Part shown: positions 8,828 to 17,370 of the stretch, one piece after another | Position numbering within the stretch: position 1 is the stretch's first letter | Layout of the letters: the number at the start of each line of letters is the position of its first letter | Assembly (NCBI GenBank): GCA_035652395.1 | Contig: DASRDX010000009.1 | Span: 355,739-419,738, forward strand | Direction: 5' to 3' | Length of the DNA stretch: 64,000 bases | From: Minisyncoccota bacterium | GTDB lineage: Bacteria; Patescibacteriota; Minisyncoccia; Phycocordibacterales; CAJBRS01 | Translations under genes and position numbers: made by a program | The notes under the pieces: model-generated | The model's database searches: none | The model's input: only the letters and a program-made list of their open reading frames with translations | What the model was told of the DNA's origin: nothing

Positions 8828-9511
8828 CTATGGAGTCGGCGTTGTTAGATTTCTCTGGTATTCATCCACCTTCGCTTTCAAGCCTTCGGCGTACTTCCTC
8901 CAGCCGGTGGTATTGGCATTGGCTTGTTTAGCTTTGTTCTCCCAGAAAGCCGATTGTTCCGCCCAATATTTTGCTCGGTTTTCGGCATCGGAAGCGTTTG
9001 AGGCTTTCCCTCTCAAACGCAATATTTCCCGATCTTTGGCGGCAGAATCTTTTTTTTCTTGCGCCAGATCACCTTCCGCTTTGTCTCTGTCGCTTTCAGC
9101 CTGAGCTTTATCGCGTTCCGCCCGCTCTTTTTGATCCTTCCAGTCTTGCATCACTCTTTGGAAGGCGGCGTCAACTTGACCCTTTGGAGTCTCGGCGATA
9201 TTGTTGGTTTTTTCCGAGTCTTCCGGCGGCGGAGTATTTGTTCCAATCTCCTGAACCAATTTCTGTTTTTCGGTAGGTAAAGCCTTCTCAATGTCTTTAT
9301 CCTTTTTTACAAGATCCGGGTCCAATTGCTGAACGACCGGAGGTGTCTTTGAACCGGTGGGAGTGGCGGGTGGACTTGTGGCTGAAGCATCGGCTGTCGC
9401 CGTTCGAGACGAAGTGGCGGATTTGTGACTCGGTTTCTGATCTGCCACCGCCACAAGTGGAAGAGCACAGATGATGAGAAAAAGTAAATTGCTAAAGAAC
9501 TTGCGTTTCAT
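8828..9511 (-). CDS. Secreted coiled-coil protein of unknown function, in the GC-rich island.
   Basis: Signal peptide FFSNLLFLIICALPLVAVA. Ser/Thr/Pro-rich linker. Lys/Asp/Glu/Ala-rich coiled-coil region. Confidence 0.5.
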   Translation of the reverse strand: MKRKFFSNLLFLIICALPLVAVADQKPSHKSATSSRTATADASATSPPATPTGSKTPPVVQQLDPDLVKKDKDIEKALPTEKQKLVQEIGTNTPPPEDSEKTNNIAETPKGQVDAAFQRVMQDWKDQKERAERDKAQAESDRDKAEGDLAQEKKDSAAKDREILRLRGKASNASDAENRAKYWAEQSAFWENKAKQANANTTGWRKYAEGLKAKVDEYQRNLTTPTP

Positions 9512-9616
9512 TAATACCTCCTGATTTCAATTTTGGGTGTTCCGGAACTTCCGAAACTAGTTATCCCATTTCGGTAACTATCACAACTTATTTAAAAAGT
9601 CAAGTCTCTGGAGGGA

Positions 9617-10279
9617 TCAGCTCTTCCCGATCGGGGCGGTGCCGGCGTAGGTGGCGACGACGACGTAGCGATCTTCCTTAGCGCCGAAACTGTTACAGGT
9701 TGAGAGAGTCAAAATGTTTTGTTTGGTTGAGAAGCTGACGTAAGCGTTAGTATCTTTTTCCAATTTCACTGAGGCGACGGTGTAAAAATAAACTCTGTCT
9801 TTAGTAAGAACTTTAATCTGATCTCCTTCTTTTAAATTGTGAATGTTGTTGAAAACTTGATAAGCCTTGTTGTTCACCACTTTGAAACCGGTGGAGTGGC
9901 CGAAGATGAACATGTTGCCATAGCCTGGCAATCCTGATCCGGGATAATGCACCGCTCCTTCCGTGAGTGCGTTATCAAGCGTGGTATTACCAGTGCTCGA
10001 GGGATTAATAACTTGATAATTTAGACCGATGACGTCAGATTGAATGCGAAGCGGCACTTGATCAGTGGGCGGCAAGGGATTTGGATTCTGAGGATTATTT
10101 TCACCGGTGATGCTTTCAATGGAATTCTCGGAAAGCTGGTTTAAGATATTGGGTGTACCTGTTTGTTCTTTTAATTCGGTTGGAATTAGACCAAAAGCAT
10201 AGAGAACGACAAAAGTAACCAAAAAAATTCCCAAAAATAAAAAAGAGAAGGTGGCTTCCGGACGTTTATACCATTTCAT
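9617..10279 (-). CDS. Sortase (transpeptidase), membrane anchored.
   Basis: N-terminal TM helix. His motif MFIFGHSTG. Catalytic TLSTC motif (TLxTC). Downstream conserved Arg in RYVVVATYAG. Confidence 0.8.
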   Translation of the reverse strand: MKWYKRPEATFSFLFLGIFLVTFVVLYAFGLIPTELKEQTGTPNILNQLSENSIESITGENNPQNPNPLPPTDQVPLRIQSDVIGLNYQVINPSSTGNTTLDNALTEGAVHYPGSGLPGYGNMFIFGHSTGFKVVNNKAYQVFNNIHNLKEGDQIKVLTKDRVYFYTVASVKLEKDTNAYVSFSTKQNILTLSTCNSFGAKEDRYVVVATYAGTAPIGKS

Positions 10280-10335
10280 AAGAGTATTATAAGGGTATTT
10301 GACAAAAAATCAAATATGGAGTATAATTCGGCATT

Positions 10336-11592
10336 ATGGAAAAAGATAAAAACCCTGATAATAAAAGCCCTCGGCAAATTAAGGAAAGTGCCCCTATCAA
10401 TCTCCCAATCGAGGAGGAGAATAAAAACCCTGCCCGAATCGTCTGGCGAGTTTTGATTTTGGGGGTTGTTTTAGTCGTTTTAATTATTCTAAGTATTGGC
10501 ATTATCAAATTGGTGCCGCGAGCCCTTTCTTCTTTGGCTTCGGTAAACGTCTCTATCTCTTCCCTCTTTACTCCTAGCAAAAACGCTTCAAGCACTAATC
10601 AAAATCGACCGGTTGTTACTCCTGCTTCTACTTCAAGCAATCAGAGCGCCACTACTTCCGCTCCATACCCAGTCAATAATGGAGATACCGGTGGCAATTC
10701 TAATTCCGGAAATAATGGTGGAGCCTCATTTAATCAAAATGGTAATCCCGACCTTCAATTGACTATCAGCTCAATCGGAGTACTCGATCGCAACAGTGGA
10801 GCTTTTGTTCCAACCACTAACGTAAACACCAATGATCGAGTGGCTGTTAAGTTTCAGGTAGAAAATGTCGGAGAAGGTCCATCAGGAGCTTGGAATCTTT
10901 CAGCTGCCCTACCGGCAGTTAATCCCGCAGATCAGACTAAAAATCTTTCCAACCAGATTTCTATTCCGGCTGGCATGGCTGTCAGCGGAGAACTTTACTT
11001 TGATTATGTTCAGACCGGTCAGAATCGGGTAGTTCAAATTTCCATCAGCGACAGTCGTTCTGAACTTCGCACCAATAACAACAGCGCCCAAGTGACTATT
11101 AATTCTACGGGAAATAATGGTGAATATTATGGCGGGGGCGTAGTTACTAATGGCCTAGATTTGGCAGTTCAGATTATGGATACTGGCACAGTTGATCGCT
11201 ACAGCGGTCAGTACAATCCTTCTTCTTACATTAATGCTTCTAATCGAGCAGCTGTTCGATTTCGAGTAACTAATCAGGGATCGATTGCAAGCGGTAACTG
11301 GACTTTCAGCGCCACTCTGCCGAATAGTTATAACAACAATAACAACTGCTATTACAATTACGGCGTCTATCAGTGCAACAACAATAATTACAATAACGGC
11401 AATAATAACCTGACTCAAAATGAAGGTTCATTGGCTCCCGGCCAAAGCGTGATCCTAATTGTCGGCTTTGACGGAGTGCAGTACGGCACAAACAATACTG
11501 TTAATATCAATGTTGACCCGTATAATCAGCTGCCGGATGTGAATCGAGGAAATAATTATGCTAGCGCGAATTTGTACGTAAATTCGTATTAA
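10336..11592 (+). CDS. Membrane-anchored extracellular protein with two CARDB-like domains and Asn-rich low-complexity inserts.
   Basis: N-terminal TM helix RVLILGVVLVVLIILSIGII. Two repeats of the pattern DL..I.......RVAVKF.V.N.G...SG.W...A.LP, each ending in ..NNNSAQVTIN / NRGNNYASANLYVN, typical of CARDB domain C-terminal ends. Confidence 0.55.
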   Translation: MEKDKNPDNKSPRQIKESAPINLPIEEENKNPARIVWRVLILGVVLVVLIILSIGIIKLVPRALSSLASVNVSISSLFTPSKNASSTNQNRPVVTPASTSSNQSATTSAPYPVNNGDTGGNSNSGNNGGASFNQNGNPDLQLTISSIGVLDRNSGAFVPTTNVNTNDRVAVKFQVENVGEGPSGAWNLSAALPAVNPADQTKNLSNQISIPAGMAVSGELYFDYVQTGQNRVVQISISDSRSELRTNNNSAQVTINSTGNNGEYYGGGVVTNGLDLAVQIMDTGTVDRYSGQYNPSSYINASNRAAVRFRVTNQGSIASGNWTFSATLPNSYNNNNNCYYNYGVYQCNNNNYNNGNNNLTQNEGSLAPGQSVILIVGFDGVQYGTNNTVNINVDPYNQLPDVNRGNNYASANLYVNSY

Positions 11593-11612
11593 TCTTTAAT
11601 TAATCATTTCAA

Positions 11613-11650
11613 GAAAAAAGGCCGGCCGCTTCGCGGCCGGCCTTTTTTCT
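11613..11650. terminator. Bidirectional intrinsic terminator between the CARDB gene (+) and gyrB (-).
   Basis: aaaaaaggccggccgc-ttc-gcggccggccttttttc. A 10-bp GC stem with A-run and T-run flanks. Confidence 0.65.
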
Positions 11651-11685
11651 TGACCCCTAAGCGAAAACCAAATCTAGTGAAGCGA

Positions 11686-13791
11686 CTATATATCAATATT
11701 AGCCAACTTGGCGTTTGATTGTATAAACGACTTGCGGCTTGGTACATCCGTACCCATTAAAATCTCAATTACTTTATCGGCCGCTTCCGCATCTTCGATA
11801 TTTACCTGCTTCAAAACTCGATTGTTTGGATCCATGGTAGTCTCGCCGAGCTCTTCTGCATTCATCTCTCCAAGACCTTTGTAGCGCTGAATGGCGATCT
11901 TTTTCTTCTTCTCTGCGCCTTTTTCTTTCTTATTTTTTGTTCCTTCCTCTTCTGGCTGCTCGCTTTCAGCTTCCTCTTCCCCTTCTTCACTGGCTCCTTC
12001 CACTGGTTCGGCCACTTCCACTTTCTCCCGAGTCAAGAACTTATCTTTTTCTTCTTCGGTATAAAAATAAAGTAATTCTTTTCCATATTTCACTTTATAA
12101 AGTGGCGGCTGGGCAATGTAAACAAATCCATTTTCAATCAATGGCCGGAAGTAACGATAGAAAAGAGTCAAAATAAGAGTCCGGATGTGGGCTCCGTCAA
12201 CGTCGGCATCAGTGGCAATAATAATTTTGTGATAGCGCAGCTTGGAAATATCGAAGGTGTCCCCGATGGCAGTGCCGATGGCAATCACCAGATTTTTAAT
12301 TTGTTCTGAAGCCAGCATCTTATCGAGGCGAGCGCGTTCAATATTTAGGATCTTGCCGCGAAGCGGCAAGATGGCCTGCGTTCGGCGATCGCGTCCCATC
12401 TTGGCCGTGCCACCGGCCGAATCTCCTTCCACGATAAAGAGTTCTGACTCGCTGGCTTCTTTGGACTGACAGTCGGCTAGCTTTCCCGGCAAAGTCATAC
12501 CCTCAAGGGCACCTTTGCGTAGAATTGAATCTTTGGCGGCTTTGGCGGCTTTGCGAGCCTTTAAAGCCAATAAAGACTTGTTAACAATAGATCTGGCATC
12601 ATCGGGATTCTCTTCCAAGAAGGCGGAAAAAGCCTCCCCGAAAACCGTAGTGACAGCCGATTGAGCTTCCACACTTCCGAGTTTGGCCTTAGTCTGACCT
12701 TCGAATTGAATCTCCCGCAATTTTACAGAGACGACAGCCGTTAATCCCTCCAAAACATCATCACCGGTAAAATTGTCCTCTGATTCCTTAATGATATTAG
12801 CTTTGCGCCCGTAAGTGTTTATAGTTCGAGTCAGAGCGGTTTTAAATCCAGTTAGGTGCGTTCCTCCTTCGGGAGTACTGATGTTGTTGGCAAAACTTAC
12901 TACTCGTGAAGATATGTCATCAACATACTGGAGAGCCACCTCCACCGATTCCACTCCTTCAGCTTTTTTCTCCACATAAAAAATGTTCTTGTGAATTGGC
13001 TTTTGGAGCTGATTGTAGAATTTAATGAGAGAGAGTAATCCTCCTTCAAAGTAAAAAGTTTGTGATGGAGCCTCGATCTCCAGTTCTCTGAAATAAAAGA
13101 CTTTATCGGTGTCTATCTTCTCTTTAACCTCTCTAGCATCAATCATGGAAATGCGCAGACCTTTTACCAAATAGGCTTGTTGCCGCATATGAGAAACGAC
13201 ACGGGAGAAATCAAAATTGATTTCCTTGAAGATTTCCGGATCGGGTTCAAAAGTTACAATAGTTCCCGATTGTTTAGTGCTGCCAATTTTTTTGACGGCC
13301 GCCTTTCGTTTGCCTTTGGAATATTGCTGAACGTAAATTCCCCCCTCTTTGTGAACAATTACCTCGGTGAAGACTGAAAGAGCGTTTACTACTGAAGCGC
13401 CGACTCCGTGTAAACCACCTGAAACTTTGTAGCTACTATTTTCACCACCAAATTTTCCGCCGGCGTGCAAAGTGGTCATGATGGTCTCCAGTGCCGAAAC
13501 TTTAGTTTGTTTGTGCATGTCCACCGGAATACCTCGGCCATTGTCCGCCACTCTCACTCGATTTCCTGGGAGCAGAGCCACTTCAATGTCATTGGCAAAA
13601 CCACCCATAGCTTCGTCTCGAGCATTGTCAAAGATTTCCGTAATTAGATGGTGGAGGCCGTCAGGACCGGTAGTACCAATGTACATTCCCGGACGCTTTC
13701 GAACAGGCTCAAGGCCTTCTAGGACAGTAATGTCGGCGGCTCCGTAGGAGCCGCCTTTTTTCTCTTCTTTTTCAGCTGATTTTTTGGCCAT
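11686..13791 (-). CDS. gyrB: DNA gyrase subunit B, with a roughly 40-aa acidic/Lys-rich insertion near the C-terminus.
   Basis: GHKL ATPase and TOPRIM motifs: LEGLEPVRKRPGMYIGTTG, LHAGGKFGG, LFIVEGDSAGGTAKMGRDR, IATDADVDGAHIRTLILT, IQRYKGLGEMNAEEL. Confidence 0.9.
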   Translation of the reverse strand: MAKKSAEKEEKKGGSYGAADITVLEGLEPVRKRPGMYIGTTGPDGLHHLITEIFDNARDEAMGGFANDIEVALLPGNRVRVADNGRGIPVDMHKQTKVSALETIMTTLHAGGKFGGENSSYKVSGGLHGVGASVVNALSVFTEVIVHKEGGIYVQQYSKGKRKAAVKKIGSTKQSGTIVTFEPDPEIFKEINFDFSRVVSHMRQQAYLVKGLRISMIDAREVKEKIDTDKVFYFRELEIEAPSQTFYFEGGLLSLIKFYNQLQKPIHKNIFYVEKKAEGVESVEVALQYVDDISSRVVSFANNISTPEGGTHLTGFKTALTRTINTYGRKANIIKESEDNFTGDDVLEGLTAVVSVKLREIQFEGQTKAKLGSVEAQSAVTTVFGEAFSAFLEENPDDARSIVNKSLLALKARKAAKAAKDSILRKGALEGMTLPGKLADCQSKEASESELFIVEGDSAGGTAKMGRDRRTQAILPLRGKILNIERARLDKMLASEQIKNLVIAIGTAIGDTFDISKLRYHKIIIATDADVDGAHIRTLILTLFYRYFRPLIENGFVYIAQPPLYKVKYGKELLYFYTEEEKDKFLTREKVEVAEPVEGASEEGEEEAESEQPEEEGTKNKKEKGAEKKKKIAIQRYKGLGEMNAEELGETTMDPNNRVLKQVNIEDAEAADKVIEILMGTDVPSRKSFIQSNAKLANIDI

Positions 13792-13853
13792 TTATAGCCA
13801 TATTTTAGCATTTTTAGCCTCTTCTGCCAAGCTCAAATCGGCCATAATTAGCC

Positions 13854-14174
13854 TTAATTTGAGCCATTATTTGGTAATTTTTTGAGGTCTAATTCCATTA
13901 CGCCATCAAGTCGGTTAATTTCCCCCACTTTTTCTTTTCCGAGCATTAAAATTCCGCCCGTATCGTCAAGGGTGCAGACAGTTAAAATCTTAGTTTCGAG
14001 ATTTTCGAGAAGCTTTTCGCGAGTTTGACGAATTTCTTCATTAACAGAACCGGCTGAATTTGGTTTGAAAATAGAAACAGTCAAAATCCCATCCTTAATG
14101 TGAAAAATCTTATCTCCACTTTCAGATTCGACGAAACCAAAATCTGAAAGGATTACCCGAATTTTATTCTCCAT
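13854..14174 (-). CDS. Small hypothetical protein, possibly roadblock/LC7-like.
   Basis: 106-aa ORF between gyrB and pheS. The pattern ILTVCTLDDTGGILMLGKEK resembles roadblock-fold regulators. The assignment is weak. Confidence 0.35.
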   Translation of the reverse strand: MENKIRVILSDFGFVESESGDKIFHIKDGILTVSIFKPNSAGSVNEEIRQTREKLLENLETKILTVCTLDDTGGILMLGKEKVGEINRLDGVMELDLKKLPNNGSN

Positions 14175-14181
14175 TGTTTAA

Positions 14182-15330
14182 TTATTGTCTTCTAATTTCT
14201 CCTCCAAATTCTTCTTCCGTCATCTCCTCAACACGAACATGAAGAGCGTTCACCTCTTCGTTAGTTAAAGTGCGATTGAGATCACGATAAGTTAAGCGCC
14301 AAGTGTAGCTCTGGCGATCGGTTCCGAACTTATTGTCGTTTTCATATTTATCGGTCAGCTTCATCTCCTCAATTTGATCTCCCACAATGTCGCGAATGCG
14401 GTCAAAGTAAGTATTTAAAACCAAATTTTTTGAAGCGACGAAAGAGATGTCACGGAGTACCGGCGGAAACTTGCTGACCTCCTTGAATTTAGTACCGAGT
14501 TTAAGTTGCTTTCTGACTCTCTCATCTTCTGACCACAGCAATCTAATATCCGGCAATTCCATGGAGACAATGGCCAAGCGCTCCAGACCGAAGCCAAAAG
14601 CCCAACCATTCCATTTAGTTGAATCAACTCCGAGCTTATCTAAGACGCTTCCTTTAACCACACCACTTCCAAGCACTTCTATCCATTTGTCGGCCGGTTT
14701 GATTTCCATTTCAATTGATGGATCAGTGTAAGGAAAATCATCCGGATTAAATCTTCGCTCCATCTGCGTTCCAAAAATGGCGTCGGCAATGGCATTTAAA
14801 ACTTTTTTTAATTCTTCCACCCCGATATTCTCTTTTGCTTTTGGAGCCAAGTACCAACCGTCAAGCTGATGAAAAACATTCATGTGGTTACGATCAATTT
14901 CATCCTTGCGGTAAACCTTGCCGAAGGAAAAACAACCGACTGCTTCACCCTTGCTCATCCTTTCCTTCACATCTTTCTCGTTCAAATAGTAATACCACAT
15001 CACTGTAGTGTGAGTTCTCAAAATATTTTCTTCGTTCAAGTAATATGTGTCGGATTTGCTACGGGCCGGATGATCTTTGGGAAAATCAAAAAGGTCAAAG
15101 CTGATGCTCTGCGGTACCACTTCAGGCGTTTCAATAACATCAAAATCCTTGAACTCCGGCCGAGCCAAAATCCTCTCTACCATTTCGGCGATCGGGCTTC
15201 CGATCTTTCGGGAAAGATCGGGCATATTTAAATAGCGTTTTATTCTTTGGCTTTCAGGATCATTTCGTCCATCGAGAGATGCGATGATTTTGTCCTGTTC
15301 TTTTTTAGATACTTGGAAAGTGTTCTTCAT
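14182..15330 (-). CDS. pheS: Phenylalanine--tRNA ligase alpha subunit.
   Basis: Class II motif 3 region WNGWAFGFGLERLAIV, plus HTTVMWYYYL and FSFGKVYRKDEID. Confidence 0.85.
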   Translation of the reverse strand: MKNTFQVSKKEQDKIIASLDGRNDPESQRIKRYLNMPDLSRKIGSPIAEMVERILARPEFKDFDVIETPEVVPQSISFDLFDFPKDHPARSKSDTYYLNEENILRTHTTVMWYYYLNEKDVKERMSKGEAVGCFSFGKVYRKDEIDRNHMNVFHQLDGWYLAPKAKENIGVEELKKVLNAIADAIFGTQMERRFNPDDFPYTDPSIEMEIKPADKWIEVLGSGVVKGSVLDKLGVDSTKWNGWAFGFGLERLAIVSMELPDIRLLWSEDERVRKQLKLGTKFKEVSKFPPVLRDISFVASKNLVLNTYFDRIRDIVGDQIEEMKLTDKYENDNKFGTDRQSYTWRLTYRDLNRTLTNEEVNALHVRVEEMTEEEFGGEIRRQ

Positions 15331-15382
15331 GTTGGGGGGGGTTTTTGACTTTCGGCGACGTTGATTATATCATGAAATAACT

Positions 15383-16630
15383 ATGCATTTGGCCGTTTTT
15401 TCCGAAACTATTACTTATATCCTCCTTTTTCTCACCCTTTATTGGGAAGTCTTTTTATTGATGACTTTTTTAGAAAAGAAGGGACAAATTCAAAAAGAGG
15501 AGTCTATGATATTAAGTGATTTTCCGGCTGTGACAGTGTTGGTTCCGTGTTTCAACGAAGAGAGTACGATATCCAGCACGATAGAGTCGCTTCTATCCCT
15601 AAATTATCCAAAAGATAAATTGGAGATTTTAATTATAGATGATGGCAGTACTGATCAGACATTGTCAGTGGCAAAAAAATTTGAGATTGAATCTAATGTT
15701 CGCGTTTACCACAAAGAAAATGGCGGTAAGTTCACTGCCCTCAATTTTGGTTTGGATCTGACCAGAACAGAATTTGTCGGTTGCCTCGACGCCGATTCTT
15801 TTGTTCATCCGGATGCCCTGAAAAATCTAATGCCTTATTTTACGGACCCGAAGACTATGGCTGTCACTCCTTCTCTAAAAATTTACAATCCGAATAGCAG
15901 CGTTATCCGGATGATACAGAACGTGGAATACAATCTTGGAATTTTTGTCCGAAAGATTTCCAGTCTTTTAAATGCTATTTACGTTACTCCCGGCCCGTTT
16001 TCTATTTTCCGCATGCAGGTTTATCGGGACCTTGGAAGGTATCACCATGCTCACAATACCGAGGATATGGAGATGGCTTTGCGCATGCAAAGCCATCATT
16101 ATCGGATTGTAAACGCCCATAAAGCGGTGGTTTACACTGTGGGCCCAAAGACCCTGCCAAAGCTTTATAAACAGCGCGTTCGTTGGACCCACGGCTTCCT
16201 AGAAAACATTAAGGATTACCGTCATTTAATTCTCAATCCAAAATACGGCAATCTCGGTCTTTTAATTCTGCCTCTAGCTTTTGTCTCTTTCTTTGCTACT
16301 CTGTATCTAGTCTTAGTTTCTTATTACGGCTTGGTGCGGATTATTATCAAAGATGTCATCCAGATTCAGACGGTCGGCTTTCATCCAGCCTGGCAGAGCC
16401 TTCATTTCAGTTGGTTTTTTGTTAACACAGCTACTCTCTCAATTATTAATGTCCTGATCGCTTTTTTAACTTTGATAATTATTTTCGCCGGCAAGCGACT
16501 AGCCGGAGTGAAGGACCGACGAGTGATGGATCTGGTTTATTCTTTCTTTTTATATTCGTTTATCGCGCCGCTATGGCTCACTAAAGCTTTTTATAACAGT
16601 CTTTTCTCAAGGAGAACTCCGTGGAGATAG
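15383..16630 (+). CDS. Family 2 glycosyltransferase, integral membrane, of the processive (HAS/NodC/chitin-synthase-like) type.
   Basis: GT-A motifs VLVPCFNEE, IIDDGSTD, GCLDADSF. Processive-GT signature QRVRWTHG (QxxRW). TM helices at both ends. Length is 415 aa. Confidence 0.8.
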   Translation: MHLAVFSETITYILLFLTLYWEVFLLMTFLEKKGQIQKEESMILSDFPAVTVLVPCFNEESTISSTIESLLSLNYPKDKLEILIIDDGSTDQTLSVAKKFEIESNVRVYHKENGGKFTALNFGLDLTRTEFVGCLDADSFVHPDALKNLMPYFTDPKTMAVTPSLKIYNPNSSVIRMIQNVEYNLGIFVRKISSLLNAIYVTPGPFSIFRMQVYRDLGRYHHAHNTEDMEMALRMQSHHYRIVNAHKAVVYTVGPKTLPKLYKQRVRWTHGFLENIKDYRHLILNPKYGNLGLLILPLAFVSFFATLYLVLVSYYGLVRIIIKDVIQIQTVGFHPAWQSLHFSWFFVNTATLSIINVLIAFLTLIIIFAGKRLAGVKDRRVMDLVYSFFLYSFIAPLWLTKAFYNSLFSRRTPWR

Positions 16631-16674
16631 TTTCGCTCTAAGTTAGCAAAATCGCAACGATTTTGCTATCCTGA

Positions 16675-17370
16675 TTGATTATGGCTGACTGGAAAAAGTA
16701 TTTAATTACACTGGGAATTACCGCTGTCATCTTTCTAACGGCAATTTATCTAAATAATTATTTCAATAACAAACGACTGGAGAATATTCAGGCTATTCAA
16801 AATTCCATTGCCACCGACATCGCTTCTTCGGAGGTTCAGTATACCCTTCTCGGAGATCTTTCCTGCAAAAGCGTGAATGACTCCATTCTCTCTCCGGAGT
16901 TAAATAATCTGGCTTCTCGCATTCAGTATGGCGAGCAAAATATCGGTAATACTGACAGCAATATCATCCAGTTAAAAAGGGATTATTCGCTTCTAGAAAT
17001 TAAGGATTACCTCCTAATGAAGCAGATTGATCAACGTTGCAAAATTCCAAGCGCTTTCATCCTTTATTTCTATTCCAACAATCAGTGCGATGACTGTACC
17101 CGTCAGGGATATGTTTTAGATACGTTGAAACAGCAGTATCCAGCCTTGCGTATTTATTCTTTTGATTACAATTTAGATCTATCTGCTATAAAAACCCTCA
17201 TTACTATTAATAAACTAAGTGGTACTCTGCCGGCTTTAGTCATTGACGATAAGGTTTATTATGGTTTTAACAGTATTGAAGATATACAAAGATACATGCC
17301 GATTCTCAAGACTCTAAGTTCCTCTTCAACTAGCGCCACTTCTACCGCCACTAGCTCAAAGAAAAAATAA
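16675..17370 (+). CDS. Membrane-anchored thioredoxin-fold-like protein with a CxxC motif.
   Basis: N-terminal TM helix. CDDC motif (NNQCDDCTRQGYVLD) followed by a probable cis-Pro region LPALVIDDKVYYGF. Ser/Thr-rich C-terminal tail. Confidence 0.45.
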   Translation: MIMADWKKYLITLGITAVIFLTAIYLNNYFNNKRLENIQAIQNSIATDIASSEVQYTLLGDLSCKSVNDSILSPELNNLASRIQYGEQNIGNTDSNIIQLKRDYSLLEIKDYLLMKQIDQRCKIPSAFILYFYSNNQCDDCTRQGYVLDTLKQQYPALRIYSFDYNLDLSAIKTLITINKLSGTLPALVIDDKVYYGFNSIEDIQRYMPILKTLSSSSTSATSTATSSKKK

